Source: Acholeplasmataceae bacterium UBA6150
GTDB lineage: Bacteria; Bacillota_I; Bacilli_A; Acholeplasmatales; UBA5453
DNA: 64,000 nt
NCBI GenBank assembly: GCA_002423145.1
Contig: DIUU01000002.1
Span: 2,194 to 66,193, forward strand
Direction of reading: 5' to 3'
Below are positions 22,705-31,178 of the stretch, piece by piece. The translations under genes were made by a program, and so were the position numbers. Below the pieces are notes generated by a model. The model did not search any database, was not told the origin of the DNA, and saw nothing but the letters and a program-made list of their open reading frames with translations. Position 1 is the first letter of the stretch; the number at the start of each line of letters is the position of its first letter.

Positions 22705-23415
22705 ATGATAACGCCGATTTACAAAGTGATTGAAACAGACATTAAAGCAAAGATTAATCAAGGTGAATTAAAAAGTGGTGATTTAGTCCCTTCTGAAAAT
22801 GAACTAAAGGATCAGTACAATGTATCTCGAATGACGGTTAGACAAGCACTAAACAACCTTGTGAATGAAGGTTATTTATACCGTCACAAAGGCAAGGGAA
22901 CATTCATTTCTCAGCGAAAAATTGAAAAGAACATCCACGGTGTCCGCTCATTCACAGAAGAAATGACAGCTACCGGCAGAAAAGTGTTGAATAAAATCAT
23001 TTCGTTTGAAAATATTGAAGCATCTATTGAAATTGCAGATAAGCTATTCTTAAACCCAAAAGACGAAATTATATACATTGAAAGGGTACGCTATGGCAAC
23101 GATATACCTGTTTTGTTTGAACAGTTATACATCCCAGCTAAACTTTTTAAGTCTATCACAAAAGAAAACTTGCTGGGATCGTTTTATCATTATATCGAAC
23201 ATGAGCTTGGTATGCAAATATCTTATTGCATTCAATCGATCGAAGCGATAAGTGCAGACTCCAAAGTGTCTGTTGCACTTGAAGTCAATAAAAATGTACC
23301 CACACTGTTAATTGTGAGAAATACATTTTTGTCCAATGGTAGACCTTTCGAGTATGTCAAATCTTACTATAGGGCTGACCAATACAAATTTGTTCAACAC
23401 GCCATAAAAGGATAA
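22705..23415 (+). CDS. GntR/HutC-family regulator with UTRA domain (NagR-like)
   Basis: PSENEL...VSRMTVRQAL...GKGTF, SFTEEM, RPFEYVKSYYRADQYKF; adjacent to nagAB. Confidence 0.9.
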   Translation: MITPIYKVIETDIKAKINQGELKSGDLVPSENELKDQYNVSRMTVRQALNNLVNEGYLYRHKGKGTFISQRKIEKNIHGVRSFTEEMTATGRKVLNKIISFENIEASIEIADKLFLNPKDEIIYIERVRYGNDIPVLFEQLYIPAKLFKSITKENLLGSFYHYIEHELGMQISYCIQSIEAISADSKVSVALEVNKNVPTLLIVRNTFLSNGRPFEYVKSYYRADQYKFVQHAIKG

Positions 23416-23438
23416 ACGAGCAATCGTTTGTTTTTTTT
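23414..23438 (+). terminator. Probable terminator after the GntR gene
   Basis: AAACGA-GCAA-TCGTTT followed by G and a T run. Confidence 0.55.
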
Positions 23439-23447
23439 AAGTTTTTT

Positions 23448-23483
23448 ATATGTATAGACAAGCATAGATTTGTTTGTTATAAT
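23448..23483 (+). promoter_or_regulatory. Promoter with overlapping NagR/dre-like operator 3
   Basis: Operator ATATGTATAGACAAGC (23448-23463) covers -35 TAGACA; 17 bp spacer; TG-n-TATAAT. Confidence 0.7.
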
Positions 23484-23508
23484 GACCATAAAAGTGAGGA
23501 TTTCAAAG

Positions 23509-24435
23509 ATGATACCCATCAAAATATTAGAAAACCAAGAAACCCCAGTTAAACAAGTATGTTTTGGCGGTGCATGGTATCATAAAGTAATGAGCATGAC
23601 CTATCCGTTTTACGGCATAGAAGGGATTATTACGATTCCAATGCCTTTTATTAGAAGATATGAAAATTACGTAGTCAAAAAAGGTCTACTCGACTTAGAA
23701 CATAAAAATTTGGACGTCTCCTCTATCTACATGGGTGGACATGCAAAAGATGAGTCTGACGTGGGGTTGGCATTATTTCGCGCACAATTAAATCAAGGGA
23801 TCTCGGTTGGGGCTTGTGTCTATCGACCTTTTTGGCGTTATATTACCGACGAGTTCGAGGATATCGGTGGGTACGATTTACTCAACAATCGAAATTATGC
23901 TGCCACACTACTATCAAACCATCAAGGGATGAAAAACATTTACGCTCAATATCATCCATCATTCAGTGAATATTATTATCTCCCTGGGGATACTGTAAAA
24001 TTGTCCTTATTTAGCCCGAAACCCAATTTTATGCAAATGATGATTGAAGTGGTCAATATTTCTAAGTTACCCTATGCCATTAAGATGCGAAAAAAATACC
24101 ACTGGAAACAACCGAAAACATTTTTATCGCCGATTTTTTCATCTAAAGGCCACGGTACCGACCTGCCTAAAACATATAAACGTGTCAATGCAATTGATCA
24201 AGTTAAAAATGAAGGAAAAGAAGCCATTGTAAGCAACACACAAGTCTTAAACGCACATTGGAGAGAGTGCTTTCTTTACTATAAAGAAGATGGCAAACTA
24301 TATAAAACACCGATGAATGACACAAACTCGATAACGATGCAATGTCCAAACCCTTTGGCGTTTTCTACAACAAAGATAAATGAGAACACAGGTAGCCAAA
24401 TGATTTCTATCTGTCCTCGTGGGGTAATTAAATGA
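23509..24435 (+). CDS. Uncharacterised enzyme-like protein, paralogue 1 of 3 (no signal peptide)
   Basis: Shares CFxGAxYxKV, YMGG..ESDxGL, RPFWRYI, YYxPGD, GHG, KRVNAIDQxxNEG with 44900 and 50810; ATG 23509 after GAGGA. Confidence 0.8.
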   Translation: MIPIKILENQETPVKQVCFGGAWYHKVMSMTYPFYGIEGIITIPMPFIRRYENYVVKKGLLDLEHKNLDVSSIYMGGHAKDESDVGLALFRAQLNQGISVGACVYRPFWRYITDEFEDIGGYDLLNNRNYAATLLSNHQGMKNIYAQYHPSFSEYYYLPGDTVKLSLFSPKPNFMQMMIEVVNISKLPYAIKMRKKYHWKQPKTFLSPIFSSKGHGTDLPKTYKRVNAIDQVKNEGKEAIVSNTQVLNAHWRECFLYYKEDGKLYKTPMNDTNSITMQCPNPLAFSTTKINENTGSQMISICPRGVIK

Positions 24436-26255
24436 AAAAAATTTGGATTATAATACTTTTGATAGTTTCAACATTTTCGTTTCATGTGTATGCATCCAAT
24501 TTGGGATACACAATTTTAAATGAGACAATTGTCATTTCAAATGGCGTACAGGTTAAGTCCATTACTGCGAATGTATATAACGACAACAATACAGAGTCTA
24601 TCCAAAATATTCAAGTGATTGAAGGCAGCGACGATGTTTTTTTAACCACGTGGAGTTATTTTAACGGGGAAGGAAATTTGGTTAATCGTGATGTTTTAAG
24701 TTTAGCACGCGACTTCAATTTAAAGAATCCGAATTATGAAGTCATCGCTGGTGTGAATGGGGATTACTTCACAACGGGATCGACAATCAATGCGAATATG
24801 ATTTTTGGATCTAAATTAGTGAAATCCAATAACCACGACAAATATTTCTCGATTGAGTTGGATGCCAAAGGTTATTATCAGTCAACCATCAAAACCATCG
24901 CTTTAGGGGATGTATATAAACTGTATATTTATCATAAAACAACCGATGCGTTAATGGCTGTAGTTAACCTCGAAAACATCAATGATTCCACCATTGAAGT
25001 AGGGCAAACAGGCATTTATTACAACTATGACTCCATTTCAAAAGCTTCTGGTAAACACTATAGTTTTGATGTAGTCATGAAAACAACCACCAACAATCAA
25101 TTCTATTTTTTGGGTAAAAATCCAATAGAAAAAAACTCTACCATTGAAACCACGAGTTCGAAAATTTCTGTTTTGACAAAGGATGAACACATCGAATCCT
25201 TACTCAGTGAGGGGTATATTAAAGTTCAAAAAGAAGTTAAGACCGTCGAAGAATCGCACACATTATTGGGCGTTGACTCACAAGTCATTCAAAATCAAAT
25301 CATTAAATCGTTTGCTGAAATTGGTGGACAAAGTGCTTCCAATAATGAGTCTAGACACCCTAGGACCGGGATTGGATTTGATGCCAACAATCGGCCCATT
25401 TTAATCACAGTCGACGGTCGTCAAACGGGGTTTTCTCAAGGGGTTAACTTGCGTGAGTTTGCGAAAATCATGCATACTCATGGTATAGTTAACGGGTTTA
25501 ATTTGGATGGTGGGGGTTCGACTCAAGCCATCATCAAAGATGGGGATGATTTTAGAATGATTAATCGACCTTCGGAAGGGGGACCATCATCCTATAGAAC
25601 AGTATCGAATGCTGTTTTTTTCATTAAACCGAGAAGTAAAGCAAATATTGTTACAAATTTAAATCAGGAATCTTTAACGATTACTCTACCATCTATGAAC
25701 TATGATGTATTTCTTCAAGGGGTAAAGCAAAATATTACCTCGTCATCCCTATCGGTGAGTATCGATTCAAAACGTGACAATACGATTAGCATTGTCGATT
25801 TAACAACACAAATGGCTGTACACAATCAAGTGATTTATGCCTATTATGTTAAACAAATTATTCTACCCACCTTTACCTTGATAGAACATCAGATACTTCA
25901 AGATAAGGTAAGCATTTCAATTCATTTTGAGGATCCAGATCGGCTGATTGATCGAATGTATGTCATTCATCTTGAAACAGATACCCAAAAAGTTGCGCTC
26001 ATTCAATATTCAGGTTTAAGAAAAGCAGTGTTTGACACATTATCTGAAGGTGATAATCACTACATTATCCACTATGAACTTAAGGATGGTAGTAAAGAAT
26101 CCATCGAGTATCAATTATTATATGAGTTAGAACAACCCAATCATGAGCCAAGTAGTCAATCATTTCCTTGGGCAATCACTCTATCAACATCAACCATAGG
26201 CTTAGGTCTTATATTGAGTATCATTTGGCTACTGTCGAGGCGGAAAAAAGCATGA
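24432..26255 (+). CDS. Phosphodiester glycosidase (NAGPA-family), secreted with C-terminal membrane anchor
   Basis: Signal peptide; GVNGDYF, RHPRTGIG, ITVDGRQ, NLDGGGST, NRPSEG, RTVSNA; C-terminal TM followed by RRKK. Confidence 0.88.
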   Translation: MKKIWIIILLIVSTFSFHVYASNLGYTILNETIVISNGVQVKSITANVYNDNNTESIQNIQVIEGSDDVFLTTWSYFNGEGNLVNRDVLSLARDFNLKNPNYEVIAGVNGDYFTTGSTINANMIFGSKLVKSNNHDKYFSIELDAKGYYQSTIKTIALGDVYKLYIYHKTTDALMAVVNLENINDSTIEVGQTGIYYNYDSISKASGKHYSFDVVMKTTTNNQFYFLGKNPIEKNSTIETTSSKISVLTKDEHIESLLSEGYIKVQKEVKTVEESHTLLGVDSQVIQNQIIKSFAEIGGQSASNNESRHPRTGIGFDANNRPILITVDGRQTGFSQGVNLREFAKIMHTHGIVNGFNLDGGGSTQAIIKDGDDFRMINRPSEGGPSSYRTVSNAVFFIKPRSKANIVTNLNQESLTITLPSMNYDVFLQGVKQNITSSSLSVSIDSKRDNTISIVDLTTQMAVHNQVIYAYYVKQIILPTFTLIEHQILQDKVSISIHFEDPDRLIDRMYVIHLETDTQKVALIQYSGLRKAVFDTLSEGDNHYIIHYELKDGSKESIEYQLLYELEQPNHEPSSQSFPWAITLSTSTIGLGLILSIIWLLSRRKKA

Positions 26256-27955
26256 TAGATAACATATTAAGAGAACTAGACATCAAGCATCCAGTGGAAC
26301 GTTTTGTTTTATCGAACAAAACAGTCCTCGAAGGGAAAACATTATTCTATAAGAATATTCCGAGTGCGCTATTGTTTTTAAAACATTTGGAAGTCACGGG
26401 AAAATCTATAGCAGATGATGGTTTTTTAGTTAAAGGGACAATGGTCGACTTATCGCGCAATGCAGTATTTAAAGTCGACTATTTCAAGCAAGTATTGCTA
26501 AAAAAAGCATTGTTGGGATTTAATGTTGTGTGGCTTTATATGGAAGACGTATACGAGCTCGAAAACTATCCAAAATTCGGTTATTTACGAGGACGTTATT
26601 CGCTTAAAGAACTTAAAGAACTCGATGATTATGCGATTAATTTGGGCATCGAACTGGTACCTTGTATTCAAACACTAGGACACATGGGTCAATTTCTCAG
26701 ATGGCCATCATCCGAAACATTCAAAGATCAAAGTGATGTATTAATGGTTCACGAAAGCATCCCATTCATCGAATCAATGATCCGCTTTTGCAAAAAAGCC
26801 TTCAAATCAAATCAAATCCATATTGGAATGGATGAAACATTCGGTTTTAGTTTTGGGCAGCATTATAAAAAATATGGCTATACAAACCCAGAAGAACTAT
26901 TTTTACAACACCTAAACACGGTGAATGAACTTTGTTTAAACGCGGGTTATCAAACGGTTCTTATGTGGTCAGATATGTTTTTTAGACACCGTTCTAAGGC
27001 CAATTATTACTATGACACGACCATACACTTTGAAGAGGATTTCATCAATAAAATACCGACAAATGTCGGACTGGTGTATTGGGATTATTATAATCTTTCA
27101 GTAGAAATCTACGAAAAAATGCTTGAAATACACAAACGAACGAATCGCCGAATCATCATGGCTAGCGGTGTATGGATTTGGACTAAGTTGGCTTATGACC
27201 ATGAGCAAACGAAAAAAACAGCAAAACTTGCGATTGAAGCCGCTAAAAAAACAGGTATACAAGAAATTATTTTTACTCAGTGGCAAGATGATGGGGCTTA
27301 TGTCGATTATGAAACCAGCTATCAAGGATTGTTTGATGTCACACAGTGGGCATGTGGGAATCAAGTCGATGAACACTACTTGATGTATCTTACGAACAAT
27401 TCATATCAAAACTATCAAATCATCAGTCAGATTAATCAACTAGGATATTATCCGGTTCGCCTGTTGTGGGACGATTTGTTACTTGGAATTTATTTGAATG
27501 ACGAAGTTGGATATGATGAAAAAAAACTCATACCATGGATCAATCGTACTAAGAAACACATACAAAGACTAAAAGAAATCGATCAGACACATCATAAACT
27601 AATAGGCGAAGTTTTACACTTAAAACTACAAATTAGAGCATCTTTTTTACAGGGATGCTTTACAACCTATGACTTTAGTCATACAATGGTCTTGTTGAAA
27701 CGATTTAAGGTAAGTATTAAGTCGTTGTGTTTATCGTTTGATGCTATGTGGCATGAGCGATATAAACCATTTGGTTTAGAAGTTTTACAAAGCAGATTGT
27801 ACGCTCAAATTAAGCGCGCCGATGAAGCGATGTACTGGATTAGTGCATATACAAACAAAGAAGTCGAAAGTATACCATTTTTTGATGAAACAATCACCAA
27901 AGAGCCGTATATCGGTGTTAAACATTCAGACTTAGCATATAGTTCTAAACAATGA
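26252..27955 (+). CDS. GH20 beta-N-acetylhexosaminidase (GcnA-like, no signal peptide)
   Basis: MVDLSRNAV, LYMED, PCIQTLGH, HIGMDE catalytic pair, MWSDMFF, VYWDYY; ATGA overlap at 26252. Confidence 0.88.
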   Translation: MIDNILRELDIKHPVERFVLSNKTVLEGKTLFYKNIPSALLFLKHLEVTGKSIADDGFLVKGTMVDLSRNAVFKVDYFKQVLLKKALLGFNVVWLYMEDVYELENYPKFGYLRGRYSLKELKELDDYAINLGIELVPCIQTLGHMGQFLRWPSSETFKDQSDVLMVHESIPFIESMIRFCKKAFKSNQIHIGMDETFGFSFGQHYKKYGYTNPEELFLQHLNTVNELCLNAGYQTVLMWSDMFFRHRSKANYYYDTTIHFEEDFINKIPTNVGLVYWDYYNLSVEIYEKMLEIHKRTNRRIIMASGVWIWTKLAYDHEQTKKTAKLAIEAAKKTGIQEIIFTQWQDDGAYVDYETSYQGLFDVTQWACGNQVDEHYLMYLTNNSYQNYQIISQINQLGYYPVRLLWDDLLLGIYLNDEVGYDEKKLIPWINRTKKHIQRLKEIDQTHHKLIGEVLHLKLQIRASFLQGCFTTYDFSHTMVLLKRFKVSIKSLCLSFDAMWHERYKPFGLEVLQSRLYAQIKRADEAMYWISAYTNKEVESIPFFDETITKEPYIGVKHSDLAYSSKQ

Positions 27956-28006
27956 CGTTAATGAGCGTGTCCTATTTTACGTTATGTTTAAAACGCTTTC
28001 AAAAAC

Positions 28007-28059
28007 ACTTGACTATACATTTGAAGATGATTATAATGGGTGTAGATGTATATACAATT
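28007..28059 (+). promoter_or_regulatory. Promoter with NagR/dre-like operators 4 and 5
   Basis: TTGACT-17 bp-TATAAT; ACTTGACTATACATTT (28007-28022) over the -35 and AGATGTATATACAATT (28044-28059) near +1. Confidence 0.72.
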
Positions 28060-28080
28060 AAAACGGAGGAAAAGAATCGA

Positions 28081-30357
28081 ATGAAAAAATTTGGATTCAA
28101 AAAAGGCATCTACACACTTGTAATGGCTTTGATTGTTGTGATGGCATTAGTAGCATGTAATCAAAAATCAGATCAAGCGTATGTGGATGAAGCTTTAGAT
28201 TCAGTAGTAGTTACATATCAAGCAGGCGATAGTGCAGCTTCTGTAACTAAAAATTTAACATTGCCAACCACAGTAGGTACGGTGACCATTACTTGGACGT
28301 CCAGTGCCCCTGCGGTTATATCGAATTCTGGTGTGGTTACAAGAGGTAACCAAGATCAACCAGTTACTTTAACTGCAACTGTGACTTATGGTGAAGCTTC
28401 TGAGACTAAGATATTTGAAGTCACAGTCATTGCTACACCAGATACGATTGCGCCAGCATTCCTTGGCTTAGTCAATGGTAAATTACCAAAGATTTCCCAT
28501 CTTGAAACACTTGATGTTGACTTCTTAGCTGAAGTTGTCGCAAGAGACAACAGAGATGGCTATGAAGTAGTGATTGCTTATAACTTAGGCGACTATGATA
28601 AAAATGTTCCAGGAGATTATGTCATTACCTATACAGCAACTGACAAATCTAATAATACAACCACTGTATTCCGCGATATCACTGTTATTGATGCACTAGA
28701 CATCACCGTGAATGCAGCGCGTATTGGTAATAATTGGATTCCTTATACATACAATCAAGCAGACGCATTCAAGTTTGATAGTGTATTTGGTGGCGCTACA
28801 TTCAGACAACAAGACGTATTACACGTTATGTCAAAAACTTTCTTTGATGCACAAGTCATTGAACATGGTGCAGGATATCCGACTAATAATAATTTACCGC
28901 TACTGCCTTATGGTTCGTTAATTATAACTGATAAGGATTACAACATCATCCATGCACGTTTCCAAACTGGTGTATATTTACAAATGGATGTTGTAGATGG
29001 TGTCACGGTGTTTACACATACCGATGTCATTTGGAACAACGGTGCTGGTGGAGACTTATTTAAAGGTGTGTCCGAATTAATTCCAGCCGATGGATTTGTT
29101 ATGTTCATCAGTCCAATTGCACCGCAAGCCGCTAGAATTTTCTTAGTATCGAATTTATTCTACTCAGGTTATACCGGTGGTGCAGTTACTAAAGATTTAC
29201 AAGACATTTTTGAATTAACCAATATAGAATTGGTGTTAGAAGAAGACTACCGTGTCCTCATTCCAATGCCTGCTCCAATTGCTTCACCAGAAATTGTCTT
29301 AAACAGACATTCACTATCTTGGACAGCTATTCCAAATGCATTAAACTATCAGTTGTATGTCGATGAGGTTGCTTTTGGTAACCCAATCGTTGGTACAGTG
29401 ATTGACTTATCCGCATTAGATTTAGTTTTATCCACCAATGATGGGTATTTGATTACTGTGGTAGCCAATACAAAAGACCAATTCAAATGGAGTTCATCAT
29501 TACCTTCAAATGAAATTTTATACAAGAAAATAGAAATTCAAACACTATCTGCTCCAGTAATTTCGATTGATGTTGAGAATGCTAAAAATATTACATGGAA
29601 TGCAGTTGAGGGTACAGACTATTATGAAGTCTACTTAAAGTTAGGTGCATTCTTAAAGTTGGTAGGTACAACTGAAAATAATGCATTCAATGTTTCCGAC
29701 ATCGCTGGATTTAATGGCGTAAATGGATACGTAATTAAAGGAATCGGTTTAGCAACACATACAGACTCTGTAAATTCTAATGTGGTATTTATTGATCAAA
29801 CCGTGGTTACAAATATGACTTTTGATGGCATGGTTGCACAAGTTGTTATTACAAATGCAACAGATTATTTCAATCGTCGTAATTTGACCGATGCTTCGAA
29901 ACTAGGTAACTACTTATATCTAGTAACAGACATTAAAGCAGTTGCAGCATGGAGTGGGATATATACAGAAGCATTCAGTACCGTTGCTGTACTCGATTCC
30001 AATTACCAAGCGAAGTTTGTTAGAAATATTCTTGCAAGACAAACTTATATCAAGGGTACAGGTTGGTTCGATGATACTACTTACACAGTAAATAGTGCAC
30101 AATTGGTAGGTCTAGGCGCACAATTGGCTGATGGCGACATGTTGTTAATTGGTAAAAATGGTTTAACCATTCAAACAGTAGTCAATGGTAATGCGGCATC
30201 GGTAACTGCCAGAGATTTCATCGCTTATCATTTCATTAATCCTTGGGCGAAATTCCCAGCAACCACTGCGAGTGCTGCAGATGGCGGTTGGAGAGCACCA
30301 ATTACAAGCTTTAAAGATTCGTCTACAACAGTGGTTGCATTTGCACCAGTTGTATAA
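28081..30357 (+). CDS. Large multidomain surface lipoprotein (Ig-like and Fn3-like modules plus a duplicated unknown domain)
   Basis: Lipobox LVAC; LTLPT...ITWTSS...VTLTATVT Ig-like module; DTIAP...DNRDG...YTATDKSNN Ig-like module; two LSW/ITW-AxxY Fn3-like repeats; ATG 28081 after GGAGG. Confidence 0.8.
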   Translation: MKKFGFKKGIYTLVMALIVVMALVACNQKSDQAYVDEALDSVVVTYQAGDSAASVTKNLTLPTTVGTVTITWTSSAPAVISNSGVVTRGNQDQPVTLTATVTYGEASETKIFEVTVIATPDTIAPAFLGLVNGKLPKISHLETLDVDFLAEVVARDNRDGYEVVIAYNLGDYDKNVPGDYVITYTATDKSNNTTTVFRDITVIDALDITVNAARIGNNWIPYTYNQADAFKFDSVFGGATFRQQDVLHVMSKTFFDAQVIEHGAGYPTNNNLPLLPYGSLIITDKDYNIIHARFQTGVYLQMDVVDGVTVFTHTDVIWNNGAGGDLFKGVSELIPADGFVMFISPIAPQAARIFLVSNLFYSGYTGGAVTKDLQDIFELTNIELVLEEDYRVLIPMPAPIASPEIVLNRHSLSWTAIPNALNYQLYVDEVAFGNPIVGTVIDLSALDLVLSTNDGYLITVVANTKDQFKWSSSLPSNEILYKKIEIQTLSAPVISIDVENAKNITWNAVEGTDYYEVYLKLGAFLKLVGTTENNAFNVSDIAGFNGVNGYVIKGIGLATHTDSVNSNVVFIDQTVVTNMTFDGMVAQVVITNATDYFNRRNLTDASKLGNYLYLVTDIKAVAAWSGIYTEAFSTVAVLDSNYQAKFVRNILARQTYIKGTGWFDDTTYTVNSAQLVGLGAQLADGDMLLIGKNGLTIQTVVNGNAASVTARDFIAYHFINPWAKFPATTASAADGGWRAPITSFKDSSTTVVAFAPVV

Positions 30358-30376
30358 TTAAAATAATAAAACCTTT

Positions 30377-30403
30377 GAACAAGCAACCTCGAGTTGCTTG
30401 TTC
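30377..30403 (+). terminator. Stem-loop (weak terminator or mRNA stabiliser)
   Basis: GAACAAGCAAC-CTCGA-GTTGCTTGTTC 11 bp stem with an interrupted T tail. Confidence 0.6.
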
Positions 30404-30427
30404 TTGTGTTTTATAGGAGGCGAAGAA

Positions 30428-31093
30428 ATGTCGTTTTTTGAGCGTTATGTAAATTCAAAACTTTACCAATACACAGATATTTTTTTCAAAATCATGTTAC
30501 TTAATTTCTATATGATAATCACCATTATTTGTGGTTTTTTCATCATCGGTATCCCTATAGCAATAGCAGCTGGCGCTACCACATTAAGCTTGATTTTAAA
30601 GAAAACGTCGACAGAGGTGACATCTACCTATTTCACTTTACTAAGAAAAACCTATCGTAAAGTCATGGTTAAAGGAATCGTTTTAGAAATTCTCATCGCC
30701 TTGTTAGGATTCAATGTGGTTTTCTTCTATTATGGACTAGAACCATTCAGTCTATATTATGTTTTTGGTTTTATCATTAGTTTATGGATGTTACTCTTTA
30801 CGATTATCGCTTTTTACCACACAATGATTCTATCGATTATATACGATGTCAAATGGGTATCAATCATAAAACATGGATACCTACTAACAATCGGTTTTGG
30901 ATTAAGAAGTATTGCTGCGATCACCATGGGCATAATGTATACATTGTTGGTTATTTGGATTCCCATTTTGAGTGCGCTCATCGGGTTTAGTGGTGCTTTA
31001 TTATTGGCATTCTGGTTATTGAATAAACCGTATCAACAGATTGAAACGCTCAAACAAGATTTTAACGAAAGTTTGGAGTCTTACTTTAAGTAA
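30428..31093 (+). CDS. YesL/DUF624-like integral membrane protein
   Basis: About 5 TM segments; N-terminal LLNFY..ICGFFIIGIPIA pattern typical of sugar-ABC-associated DUF624. Confidence 0.7.
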   Translation: MSFFERYVNSKLYQYTDIFFKIMLLNFYMIITIICGFFIIGIPIAIAAGATTLSLILKKTSTEVTSTYFTLLRKTYRKVMVKGIVLEILIALLGFNVVFFYYGLEPFSLYYVFGFIISLWMLLFTIIAFYHTMILSIIYDVKWVSIIKHGYLLTIGFGLRSIAAITMGIMYTLLVIWIPILSALIGFSGALLLAFWLLNKPYQQIETLKQDFNESLESYFK

Positions 31094-31106
31094 GGGGTAT
31101 ATTATT

Positions 31107-31160
31107 ACTTGACTAGTCAAGTTATAAATGCTATACTAAAAATGAATTGACTATACAACC
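31107..31160 (+). promoter_or_regulatory. Promoter of the transport/catabolic operon with NagR/dre-like operators 6 and 7
   Basis: Perfect palindrome ACTTGACTAGTCAAGT (31107-31122) over -35 TTGACT; 17 bp; TG-n-TATACT; AATTGACTATACAACC (31145-31160). Confidence 0.78.
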
Positions 31161-31178
31161 TAATTGAAGAGGTAAGCC

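Noticed and set aside
23509..24435. Assignment of the triplicated family to GH16 on the basis of ExD
   Set aside because: The GH16 ExDxxE motif needs a second Glu; here it is ESDxGL, so the assignment is not supported
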